Assembly (NCBI GenBank): GCA_002104905.1
Contig: MCFE01000498.1
Location: 1 to 64,000 of the forward strand
Length of the DNA: 64,000 bases
Direction of reading: 5' to 3'
From: Basidiobolus meristosporus CBS 931.73
Lineage: Eukaryota; Fungi; Basidiobolomycota
How positions within the stretch are numbered: position 1 is the stretch's first letter; each line of letters starts with the position of its first letter. The notes under the pieces are model-generated. The model was not told where the DNA came from. It saw nothing but the letters and a program-made list of their open reading frames with translations, and ran no database searches. Shown here one piece after another: positions 1 through 10,958 of the stretch. Made by a program: the position numbers and the translations under genes.

Positions 1-119
1 TTTATAAGTTGGTAAATAGCTAGTTAGCAACATGCTGAGTAGCATTGTGAGAGTTTTGGAGATATTGGAAGTGACTTGTAGAGCAAGTAGCTCAAGAGGT
101 TCTCACTTGAAGATTTGTT

Positions 120-465
120 TGTTGTAAAAACACCATGTTGTACCTATTTACTCACCTAACTTTGTCACTTGGATCATTATCTAAAAATCTCAGAGAATAC
201 TGAGCAAACTTCTTTTTGGAATTTGAATATCTTCACTCATACATCAGATGCCCAGAACATGAGATTTTGAGAAGTTATCCAAGTGGCTCAAAATCTTGAG
301 CCCTTGTTCTGAGATCTTCCTATACATATTCTACAAGTTCTTTTTCTGCCAAGATCATGCAAGGTATAAATTCCACTCTTACACTCATTAAATCAATAAG
401 TGATAGCATAACATAATCTACTTACTCTCCCAGTCACTTGCAGTATCTCCAGAATTCTTTTAACA
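120..465 (+). mobile_element. Copia solo LTR (diverged), nested in the outer LTR
   Basis: Runs TGTTGTAA...TTTTAACA and is colinear with the family LTR. The flanks TTGTT and TTATC each differ by one base from the TTATT expected at this position in the host LTR, consistent with a decayed TSD. Confidence 0.8.
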
Positions 466-686
466 TTATCAGATGTAATAGAAGTATTTATACCCTTACA
501 TATACTTGGTATGACAGACAAATTGAATGTACTTAGGAAGGTCCCATAAGCATGTGTAAGGATTTTGGGGCTGGCTGAACAAACAATCAGTTTTTCATGT
601 TCTTTGTACCTGATATTAAGGTGAGAATAATTTAAGTATACCAAAGAACCTGGGCAGATTTCAATAAGATTTATAGACAATGATCC

Positions 687-1034
687 TGTTGTAAAAATTG
701 TAATTCCACCTAAATATTCACCTAACCTAGTCACTTAGATCATTACCTAAAGTTCTTAGAGAATACTGACCAAATTCCTTGTCAGGATTTACTTGGAATA
801 TTTTCATCACAATATCAGGTACCAAGAACATGAAAGTTGGATAAGTTGCCCAAACAGCCCCACACTTTGCACACATGTTCTTGGAACCTTCCTAAACATA
901 TTCTACATGTTAAGCATGCCAGGACCATGTAAAAGTATAACTACTACTTTGATATTTGATAAATCATCAAGTGAAAACCACATAATCTACTTGTTCTCCC
1001 AATCACTTCCAATGTCTCCAAGACTCTTACAATG
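687..1034 (+). mobile_element. Copia solo LTR nested in the outer LTR
   Basis: Runs TGTTGTAA...TTACAATG, 348 bp, with a perfect TSD GATCC (682-686 and 1035-1039). Highly similar to 54536-54884. Confidence 0.9.
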
Positions 1035-4000
1035 GATCCAAGGGACAAAGCAGGTTGGATATTCAGGTGGAATTACAAAACTTATAGCTAGTAGAATCTT
1101 ACATTACATGAGTGGTCCAGAGGTAAGCTAAATATTCAAACAGATAGTCTAGTGAGAATGCTGTAAGCTTTGCAGTTACCCCTCAGAGTTTCAATACCTT
1201 GGTCACTACATCTATCTTGTGATCCTTATTACTACTTTGCTGAATTCTTTGTTGCAACTAACTTATATTAATGTCCCAAACAGCGGAAACTTCGCATGTG
1301 AATATTCTCAAAGCTAGCCAAAAGCCTCCAGTGAGGCAGCAAACTCCGCTCCAAAGATTTCTGCTAAAGTTTTGCTAATGAGTGGCGACTGATATCCATA
1401 TGCTTAGTGCTAGAATGAAATGAAGGAACTCTTCCTAATTGTATGCCACCACAAATATCATGAAACGATGTGATGGGCGAATTTTGAAACAGCTCAATGC
1501 TGGCGAAGTGAGATGGCGCAATATATGGACGCTAGAGCTGCTATCTATAGCGCCAGTCCTGGGTGTATTTCCCGGGGTGCCTGCTGCTGATCACTAGAAT
1601 ATCGATTCCCAAGCACGGCCAAGGTAGGGGGAATTCTGGCAACTGACCAGGAAAAAAATTCGGGATTGAAAATCCTCACCGGGGTGATGGCCGGTATGAC
1701 CAAGAATTTCAATGGAGGGTGGGTTTGGTGGCACGTAAGATCCACAGTGCCATTTACTGAGCATCGATAAAGATTTGGCTCTCGCCACACACAAGCATGA
1801 TCCATTGCAACACAGCCATCTCCATTCGGGCGAGCCATTAGCAGATGTATCCATAGATCTTTTCGCAGATATGAGACATACGAGATTCCCCTCCTCCCTC
1901 CCCCAATGAACTGGTCATCATGCGTTCTGTTCTTCGTTTGCAACACAATGCGGTCTCACTCTTAGCAATCAATCGAATCTCCATGGAGACACAACCGAGC
2001 TGGAGCAATGAATCAATTGAAACAGAAGCGACCACTAATCAGTGGCTATCATGATCCATTGTTCTATTCCGCAAGCAAGACGGACTTCCAGACTTTCACC
2101 AGCACCCGCATGTGACAGGCTGGAGTCAATGATGAGCGTTGGCTATGGCAAGAGGAAGTGGGTTCAAAGCCGATCATCACTATATTCGGGTGGGTCATAA
2201 GGGAAGCTATAGAGTGAGGGAATCGAACTCGGTAACAGCACGGGAAGTGAACTTGGCTTATTAATAGTGGCTGGGGCACTTCCGTCACCGAGCATCCAGA
2301 ACATCTTGCCTCGATGGACCACTCGAACGTGGGTTAATTGAGTTGCGGATCTAGCCTCGTTGTTTCTGTTTCTTGCCCCGGGCCCAATACATTTATGGCA
2401 CTCGCCCACATGGAGCATCCCTTCTCAGCCCACCACACCACCATTGCGGCTTAGCAGGATGGGACGAATGGTCGGTTCCGGAGCTGCCTCTTAGTATTAA
2501 GTGCAAAGCGTATTTGATCTGGTGGTCCGGCAGTAATAGAGCCGTATTGGGGGGTGCTTTATGAGGGAGGCGCCTTGACTTTCGGGCCTCAGGGTTAGGG
2601 TTGTCCCAGCGGGTTAGTGAGTACGGATGCCGTCGGTTTCATCCATGAAATTCGAGAACCTCGATAAGACACAAACCAATTACCGCCCTACGAAATTCAG
2701 CTAGTCAGGTGGGATAATTAATGTCTCCGGTGGATGGATTGATGAGCCAACTGAGCTGGTTCCCTTCCGGTCTCGGACCAGGCAGTTGATTCTCGCCTCA
2801 TTCACACCGAAGGCAAGGTTGGGTTAAACTCGCAGCTCAAGAGCATGTCAAGCAGACCCATCTGATAGCCAGTGCTGTACGATGGAGAGATGTTACACGG
2901 ACAACAAGTGGGATGTTTATGGCGAGGGTTGTTGATATGGTTCCAAATCCATAAAATTGCTTTCCCACTGCTCCTATCAGCAACTCCAGATAGGCTTACC
3001 AATCAGAGCCATGCAAGTTGCCATCCTTACACAAGCGATAGCCATATTTCGCAGCAAAGAGGAGGTGGCAATCTACTTTACTGATATCAATGCAGCCATA
3101 CACTACATGTCTGAGTTGTCGAGCGAAGCGCACTTCTCTCGAGGACGGATCGGATCGATCGCGCGTCCGTTCGTGGAAACAGCGCGTATATCATAGTGTG
3201 CTCATGCAAATTAAAATCCAGCTGGCCGCTGAAAAAAAACGCTTCTATGCAACCATCCCCATCTTTAACACCGTTACATGACCTTACTCCTTGGAATCGG
3301 CAGGCGGCCAATGGCAGGGGCATGCGGAGCACACAAGCTTAGATTAGGTTGCACAAGGCGATGACATCAAGCTCGTGTTGATATGGTGATCAATGGATAC
3401 ACGTACTGATACAGCACCTTGAGGGCACCAGAGACTCATCAGCAACCATAGGAACGCTTTGCCGCTGGAACAACCCCGATAGCAAAGAATGGTCTCTAGA
3501 GCCCCAAGGCCATCAGGCCAATATTCCCATTTAACCCAATTAACCTAAATAGTTTAAAATGAAATCGGTTTCGGAGCCAGCGATTAACCATATCGATCGC
3601 TGCTGCAAGGGCATCCAGATACCGGTACCTCAGTCTGGCCAATACAATCACCTTGGCAAAGTGTTCAGTGAGGGAAGCAGCGTGGGCAGGATGCACCGGA
3701 GTGGCGTACACAGACGGGAGCTCCGTACACTATACATGTAGGCATTCAGACACCCAACTTGGCAATTATGAGCAGAGCCTAGTGGGTGGAAGCTATCTTG
3801 GCCATCATCAACGACCATTTGCCACCGCAACCAAATTGGGCCAGCGTTGGTGATTTTATCCGATGTGGCTGCTGAATGAGACTGGGAAATTCGGAATGCA
3901 CCAATGGACAGGTCGAACCAGCTTGATAAGAAACCCCTAGAACTAGGTAAAATTGATTGGAGGTTCTATCTGATGAATCTGACTCTGTAAACCCGCCGGA

Positions 4001-4500
4001 AGAACACACAATCCTGATGAGTGAGATTTGGCGATCTTGGTGATTGAGTGAGTGTGGGTGCTGGTGCTGACGGTGGGTTGGCGCTTAGACGGGGAGCGAA
4101 TGTGCAGCATTGTTGATGAGCGTTTCGCCATATATGCATGCATGAGACGACTGAGACGAAACCTAGGAAACGCAAATCTTCTGGCCTTCAAACAATCGGT
4201 CAGGCTAATCAATTGAATCAGTCGATAGGCATGTATCGTGAGCGGATTCCTTCGATCACCAATCTAAGCAATGCCTATCAATGAGTCAATTTAGTTGGGA
4301 TATGAGTGTAACGCATATGACCAATTTGGGTTTTGGATTCCACATCCCCATCAACTCATCCTGGCTCAGAAACTATAAATACCACCCACGGCGACCACCT
4401 TCCTGTCAACAGCTTGTCAAGTTCTTTCCCACCGACGCCAACACCAGGCAACAGTGTATCTTCCACTCCTTCATCCTTCTTGTTATATATCCTCGACGCA

Positions 4501-5592
4501 ATGCCTTTCGTTGGTGAGAACGCAAAGCCTAAGAAGCCTCTTCTGGTAAGAAAGAAGAGCGGGGAGATCGTCAGACCCGTGCTGAAACCCACTCTGGCGC
4601 GCACCAACTCTGCGCCTACCAAATTCGTACATTTTGATTCACAACTCGAGTATGTCAAGCTCTTCTTGAAGAGCGAACGTCCCGAGTCCATCTCCAATCC
4701 TCCTTCGGACGATGACTGTTCGGACTCGGACGATTACAGTGAGCTCTCCAGTGACAATGAGGAGGAAATGCAACTCACCATTCGTCTTCCAAACTTCCCA
4801 CCCTCCATCTTCTCGGCATACAACAAGCCGGTGACTGTGGAGAAGGTGGGTTTATCTGAGGATAAATCCTGCCTCATTGGCAACGTCATGGTTCAGAACC
4901 TTGCCTTCCACAAAAATGTCATCATCAGATACACATTTGATTTCTGGCAGAGTGTGGAAGAGATGTCCTTGGACTTTAAGGAGGTCGTCATCAACTCCAG
5001 CGAGTCTTTTCCCGGAGTGGACAAGTTCCAATTCTCCATCAACCTTAAGGACAAGGTGAGCGTCAAGCTTGGCGCCCCCAAGAAAAACATGTTCTTCGCG
5101 GTCAGGTACCAAGTGGATGGACAGGAGCATTGGGACAACAACGAGGGAGTGAACTATCAAGTTGAATTTGTTACTTCCAAGCCCAGGGCCCCCCGTTGCT
5201 CGTTTTCCATCAGCACCGCATCGAGCCGCGAAGACGCGATGAACTTCAAGCCTGCCCCTTTGAAGTCTGCATTCTCTGGCAAGTTGGGCTCTCGGTACAG
5301 CTTTGGTGTCTCTTTGGGATCTATGTTCACACCTCAACCCTTGACGGAGAAGGTGGAAAAGCCCAAGTCAACCTCCGCATACTTTTACACCACCAAGAAG
5401 TCCAACGGCTTCACCCACCCAGCCAACTCTTGGGATAATCACAACACCGAATTCGATTTCTCCTCATTTTCCGCTCGTAGCCAATCATCTTATCCAGCCT
5501 CCACTATCTACGGCTCCCCCGAGTATTATTCGTACAGCGGCTACAGCTCGCCCTACAGCGTCTCTCCTCCCGCTGCCTGCATCCGCGGCTGA
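4501..5592 (+). CDS. GAC1: Protein phosphatase 1 glycogen-targeting regulatory subunit (RVxF motif plus CBM21 domain), Gac1/Gip2-like
   Basis: Intronless ORF with ATG at 4501. Contains LVRKKSGEIVRPVLK, the PP1-docking KFVHF, and CBM21 motifs GNVMVQNLAFHKNVIIRYTFDFW and FAVRYQVDGQEHWDNNEGVNY. Confidence 0.85.
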   Translation: MPFVGENAKPKKPLLVRKKSGEIVRPVLKPTLARTNSAPTKFVHFDSQLEYVKLFLKSERPESISNPPSDDDCSDSDDYSELSSDNEEEMQLTIRLPNFPPSIFSAYNKPVTVEKVGLSEDKSCLIGNVMVQNLAFHKNVIIRYTFDFWQSVEEMSLDFKEVVINSSESFPGVDKFQFSINLKDKVSVKLGAPKKNMFFAVRYQVDGQEHWDNNEGVNYQVEFVTSKPRAPRCSFSISTASSREDAMNFKPAPLKSAFSGKLGSRYSFGVSLGSMFTPQPLTEKVEKPKSTSAYFYTTKKSNGFTHPANSWDNHNTEFDFSSFSARSQSSYPASTIYGSPEYYSYSGYSSPYSVSPPAACIRG

Positions 5593-7559
5593 GAGACCCG
5601 CCAACACCTACCGTACTCTTTTATCGACGCATCCAAGTTTTGAAACACCTATGTAATTGTAGTCAATGGATCTAGTTGATCCGTGTATATATCTACTGTA
5701 TCCTATTAAGAATAAAAATCCACTCATTATCAACAGATCTTATCGGCATTTGGAGATAGGGAATTAGTTTGGGGACAGCGAATGTTTTGATCAGAGATCA
5801 GGATGAACCAAAATCCCAGTCTAGACCGCAGGCGAATAAGGTTTCAACGAGGATCGGACGTGGTTTTTCCACCCAGGAGCCAGCGCACGCTTACGGAGAG
5901 AGGGATCAGCTTGGGGGGACGTGCAGCCAGGTGAGTCAAGCAATGTATGTGGGGGCTCTAGACTGCACGCCACTTGAAAAGCGTCTTGCATTTGGAGATG
6001 AGTGTTGTTGTAAATACCTGAAACGTAAACTCAGCAACCACGTATCGAGGGTTAGCCAGCCGGATACGTCCTGTGCCGGATTAGGGAAGACTGGAGTCGA
6101 GCTTACCCAATACGGCAACAAAGTGTGGGCAAATCAAACTCCGGAAGCCACCTTTTCCATTCTTAAATTTGGATAAGGTGATGTCAACTCATATGTGGTA
6201 ATGGCTGGCTAATGCAACACAGTAATATGATGAAGTCATGGTTGTTGTCAAGATAGGCTAGCATCCGCATTTGGTAAGATTCGTTGCAAGCAATGTTTGT
6301 GTGCGACTGGCTCATCGATAGTGTTCACTCTATGGTCTCAACATGTTGACTCTGTGTTGACCACCTACACCCACACCCACGCGTCAGTAGAGAACCCAGT
6401 GGACCGAAACAAACCGGCGATCCTGCTCAACCGGTTGGTAGGATTAGAGTGGGCTTTACTTCGGCTGACCAATGGTGGATCGCTGTGTGTGGGTGATTCG
6501 CTGGGTCTGAAACACCAGTGGACTTGTTTGCCCTGAGGTGGTTTTGTTTCAGTCCGTGAAGCTAAACTAGTTTGCGTCGAGGATGAGGTGATGCTTATGA
6601 GATGATCACCAGACTCCTTGCATATATGAATTGCCAACTTGAATCAACTTGAAATACTCCGAATCCACCAAATCCACCAAATCCATCGAATCCAAGCTCA
6701 GCATCCATTCCTGCCACCGTGCCAGCGCTGCGTTGATCTGGTTTGTCAACTGGCAGGATGGCCAACACAACGGAATGCACAGAAGATCTGTCAAGGAGAT
6801 CAGGGCTGTTGCACGGATTTGGTGATGATTAGTGAAGCAGAGGGAGTTAATAATGCCATATAGATCCGCTTGTTTGATATCACTTGCTTTTGCTCCCATA
6901 GATTGTGGGAGTATTTGTGTGCGTCGCTTCTATACCCAAGTGCCTATTAGCAACCATTTCTAGTCTGTATTCCATTGAGCAGCCTAACCATATTGACATC
7001 TCTACTTCTGCATTAAGTCTATCAGTGTGTTTTCCACGACGGATTAGGCTGCAGATCATGAAACTTGGTTGGGCTGCTGAGGAGGGGATGTAGTAGAAGG
7101 TCGCCAAGATTTCGCCTCAAATATCCATTCACACGTCACAACCTAACTAAAATCTGAACCAAATGTGTGTCGGCGATTTGTTTTCATTTGGATTTGGCTT
7201 CACAATCATGCTGCCGGTTGACAATTTACAATCATGCTGCCAGTCGGAGTTCCTGGGCGGTTTCAAGGATATTGGAAATGCTGTTGTTTAGATATCCATG
7301 ACGTGTTGTTGCTCGGAGTTTGAAAGATTGCGCTCCTGTCACATATTTGGGCCATCACTATACTCTCTCGCCAGGGCATCCGTACTCTCCTAGGGGAAAA
7401 TGAAAAGTAAATTCGGAAATGTTTAGGTTTCTTTCGTATCACTACTATGGGTGTGCTGGTTAAGGAGGCCACTCAAGCAAAAATTTGATGATTTTCTAAT
7501 AGGCCAAGTCCCAGTTTTTTAGAGCACTTCTTTCTTCCATTAGCTGTATCATTGCAACT

Positions 7560-8198
7560 TGATAAGGTGTCCTGGACAAGACAGTTTGCTAAGTAGTCAA
7601 AAAGCCCAAAAACTTTGCCCACATGCACTTGGGACCTTCCTGAGTATATTTTGCTGAAAGAGTAATGAAGATACTCAAAGTGCTTGGGTGAACAAGTAGA
7701 GTATGTGCTTTCGCATGATGCTTTATTGAATGTAAAGAGGATATTTATACTCTTAGATGATTTTTGCAAAAAAAACACAATGGATATACTTAGGAAGGCC
7801 CCAAAAAGATGTTTGAAGTTTAGGGATCTTTGGAAAGCTTTCAGATATTTCATGTCAAAGCACTTGAAGTTTTGGTGTTATACTCTTGGATCTTAGTGGG
7901 GAACTTGGCCAAATTACTCTAAGACTTGTAGACTGTAAGCTGAGTGACCAAGTCAAGAGAAAACTTCAGCACTATCACAAAATTGCAAGAGCTTTCATCT
8001 GATGATTTATCAAATGTTAAAGTGATATTGCACTTTCCCATGGTCATGGCAAGGAAGCAGGTGAGAATATCGAGGAGGGTGCAAAGCTTGAGGAGCTTTG
8101 GACAGCTTAAGATTTTTGATGACCCAAGTGTTGCAAGACACTTGGGAATATAGAAGGCAACTCAAGAGCTAGAAAACTGATTGACATTCACTTGTTCT
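7560..8198. mobile_element. Cluster of degraded copia LTR copies: forward fragment ~7560-7651, reverse LTR 7652-7990, reverse fragment 7991-8198
   Basis: By-eye alignment to the 54536-54884 LTR, e.g. ctttcatctgatgatttatcaaatgttaaagt vs ttttcacttaatgatttattgaatgtaaaagt, and gtgcaaagcttg. Almost no CpG. Confidence 0.7.
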
Positions 8199-8540
8199 TG
8201 TTGTAAAAATTCGGAATTCCACCTAAATACTCACCTAACTTAGTCACGTAGATCATTACCTTCAAATCCTAGAGAATACTGACCAAATTTCTTGTTAGGA
8301 TTTACTTAGAATATTTACCCAGAACATGCCCAGAGCATGGAACTTCTAAAAGTTGTCCAAACAGCCCCAAAATTTGCACACATGTTTTTGGGACCTTCCT
8401 TAACCTATTCTACATGTTTGTTATGCACAACCATGTAAAAGTATAAATACTACTTTTACATTCAATAAATCATTAAGTGAAAACCACATAATCTCCTTGT
8501 CCTCCCAATCACTTCCAATATCTCCAAGACTCTTACAACA
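8199..8540 (+). mobile_element. Copia solo LTR
   Basis: Has perfect 8-bp terminal inverted repeats TGTTGTAA...TTACAACA and a perfect TSD GTTCT (8194-8198 and 8541-8545). Confidence 0.92.
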
Positions 8541-8655
8541 GTTCTAAACTGCACTCAGTTAGTGTATCTATACTTCTAGGAGAGCTTTGTAGTGAAAAAG
8601 CTGATAATGTCTTATAATCACAGAAAGCTGTGCATTAAGTTTGGGGATTTTGCAC

Positions 8656-8998
8656 TATTGTAAGAGTTTTGGAGATATTGGAAGTGATTGGGAGAACAAG
8701 GAGATTATGTGGTTCTCACTTAACAAATTGTTGAATGTAAAGTAGTAATTATTCTTTTACATGATACTAGCAAAAAATACTTAAAACATGTCAAAGAAGG
8801 CCCCAAGAGCATGTATGCAAAGTTTGGGCTGTTTGGCCAACTTTTAGAAGTTCCATGCTCTGGGTACCTGATATTTTAGTGAAAATATTCCAAGTAAATC
8901 TCACAAGGAATTTGGTCAGAATTCTCTAAAATTTGTAAACTATGCTCCAAGTGACTAAGTTGGGTGAATATTCGGGTGTATTTACGAAATTTACACCA
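8656..8998 (-). mobile_element. Copia solo LTR, inverted relative to 8199-8540
   Basis: Reverse complement of the family LTR, from TATTGTAA to TTACACCA. No TSD recognised. Confidence 0.85.
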
Positions 8999-10258
8999 AT
9001 TAGGACTTCTGACTTTAATTACAGTCATGTACTATACACTGCTAATGAGTTTTCAATAAACTAATAGCTAAGCTTCATGATATGCATCAGAATGGTGATA
9101 TGGTGGCATATACATTGTATGTGGCATGCACCTAACTTATAGAACCTAATCACAGTTCTTTTACTGCTTTATAGTATGTTTCTGATAGAGTATGCGTAGT
9201 TGAACTTGCGAATGAATGACAAAGAAGTAGAGGAAGGAGCGCTCTAAGGAAGTCTTACGAAGCTGTGTTCAAAATAAGGGTTTTTGACACGTATGAATCT
9301 TGACATTCCTCTAGAATTTCATAACCTCAAAGAATTGTGATTATATATAAAATCACAATGCCACATAATTCCACATACTCTTAGGTGCGGGCAAACAGTG
9401 GATTGTAGAGGCAAAAAGAAATTTTCTTTGGGGGAGGGGACTAGAAAGCTGAAGTTGAGTTCGCTTAGTCTCACAGCTTAATCATTCATATATCTTCAGT
9501 TTCTACTTTACAAACCATGATTTGCTAACTGAAGAATTTGCTCGCAAGACATTAGCTTATATCATAATGTATGAATAATTTAGGGACGAAACTATTTAAT
9601 TCGATTTTAGAATCAATAGACTGACCTCAATTATGTCCATCCCGCAACACTCCTCGATCGAAGCATGCTTTTTAAAGTTTATTTCCCTACGTAAGCAACA
9701 ATTGAAATGGCTCCAACATCGGTACGAGTCGGAAATTTCCTAATCAAACCTCCATCTTTCAATATTTCTAGAGCCCTACCATATGAACATTATTTACGTG
9801 TTCAAAGCGAGCCCTTATCACCCATTAGTAGCTGTGGTATCATTCTTGGCGCTGTCACTTGGTAAAACGACACTAAGCGTCAACTCCCTCTTGATTTATA
9901 CGTGACCGGCTCTTTTGATATGGTGGCGCTGGAGATTTAGATGTTGCGCACCCTTCTGGCATTAACTGGATTTGGCAAGATTCTTGGTAGAGTTCCAATA
10001 TGACTGGTCATCTCTTGGAATCCACGCACAGATGTATTTGAGGAACACCACATGAGAGCCAACTGCAACATCAAAGCGCAGTTGTGGACTTGCTTTATAT
10101 GGAAGATCAGATCTTATCATTGCTCAAAGCGAGATACGACTAGCTAAATGCAAGACGTTCGGGGCTATCTGATGGAAATCTAAAACTCGGGTACTTCTCA
10201 AGGTTGATTAAGTATGGTAATTTGTAACATCCGATGGTGAATCTTATTCTCCAACAAT

Positions 10259-10327
10259 ATCCATTTTCTGTTGGCTCTCTATCTACATCCATTTTCTGCT
10301 GGCTCTCTATCTACATCCATTTTCTGC
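10259..10327. repeat. 28-bp tandem repeat, ~2.4 copies
   Basis: Unit ccattttctg(t/c)tggctctctatctacat occurs at 10261 and 10289, with a partial copy at 10317. Confidence 0.9.
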
Positions 10328-10958
10328 GGATGAAAATTCCACAAGTGACGCAAGTGGTTACGAATCAGAAGCAGCGTTACAATCGTAGATATTATGCTCT
10401 ACACTAGGATTATCAACAACCCAAGCATTCAAGCATACAGGCACACAGAGAATACGAGCTCTCAAAGATTTGCATACGATATATGGCTTCAATTGGTGCA
10501 TATTTTTAGGTTTAGAATCTTCTACTCAGATCAATATCCCCTAACCCTAGCCTCTAACCCTCATTGTTTCCTTTCTAGCATTGACATCAGCGAAACATAC
10601 CAATGATTTCTCAGAAATACAAATAGAATGTGATGTACATAGAATCAAATCATGTTAATCCTAGAAATCGATATCATTGCCTTATTAAGAAACAACTGTG
10701 TCACCGACTATTTAGGAATACCCGTCATCTTCCCAGAGCCAATGTATGTTTGGGAATTCTACTGTATTTTAGGAACACTCATACTATTTTCGTTTAGTCC
10801 TATTCATCTCTGGTACATTCTGTTTATAAGTCGGGCGTTTGCCAGTGTTTGCTCTTTATTTCCGTAGAGTTAGTGGAGGGTTGACAACGTTTGTTCCTTC
10901 ATGCAGTAGACGTTCAAGAATATACACACAGCTTTCATTCGACTCTCTTCCCTGCGAT

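Larger units (their letters stand above)
43..1089 (-). mobile_element. Old copia-family solo LTR (outer), interrupted by two younger LTR insertions
   Basis: Segments 43-119, 466-686 and 1035-1089 join into one ~343-bp reverse-complement copy of the LTR at 54536-54884. It is flanked by the 5-bp TSD AGTAG (38-42 and 1090-1094). Confidence 0.85.

Noticed and set aside
2110-2190. tRNA-like segment (gggttcaaagcc resembles a T-loop)
   Set aside because: I could not build an acceptor stem, D-arm or anticodon arm.
2591-2602. Isolated TTAGGG-like tracts here and at 10538-10560
   Set aside because: They are not followed by the element 3' motif and are too short to distinguish from chance or promoter motifs.
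1300-4330. Many short ORFs upstream of the CBM21 gene
   Set aside because: No recognisable domains or consistent exon chain were found.
5700-7260. Short ORFs, a 9-bp triplet repeat (~6655-6690) and a 16-bp direct repeat (~7202-7242)
   Set aside because: No family similarity was recognised, and the repeats are short enough to be incidental slippage.
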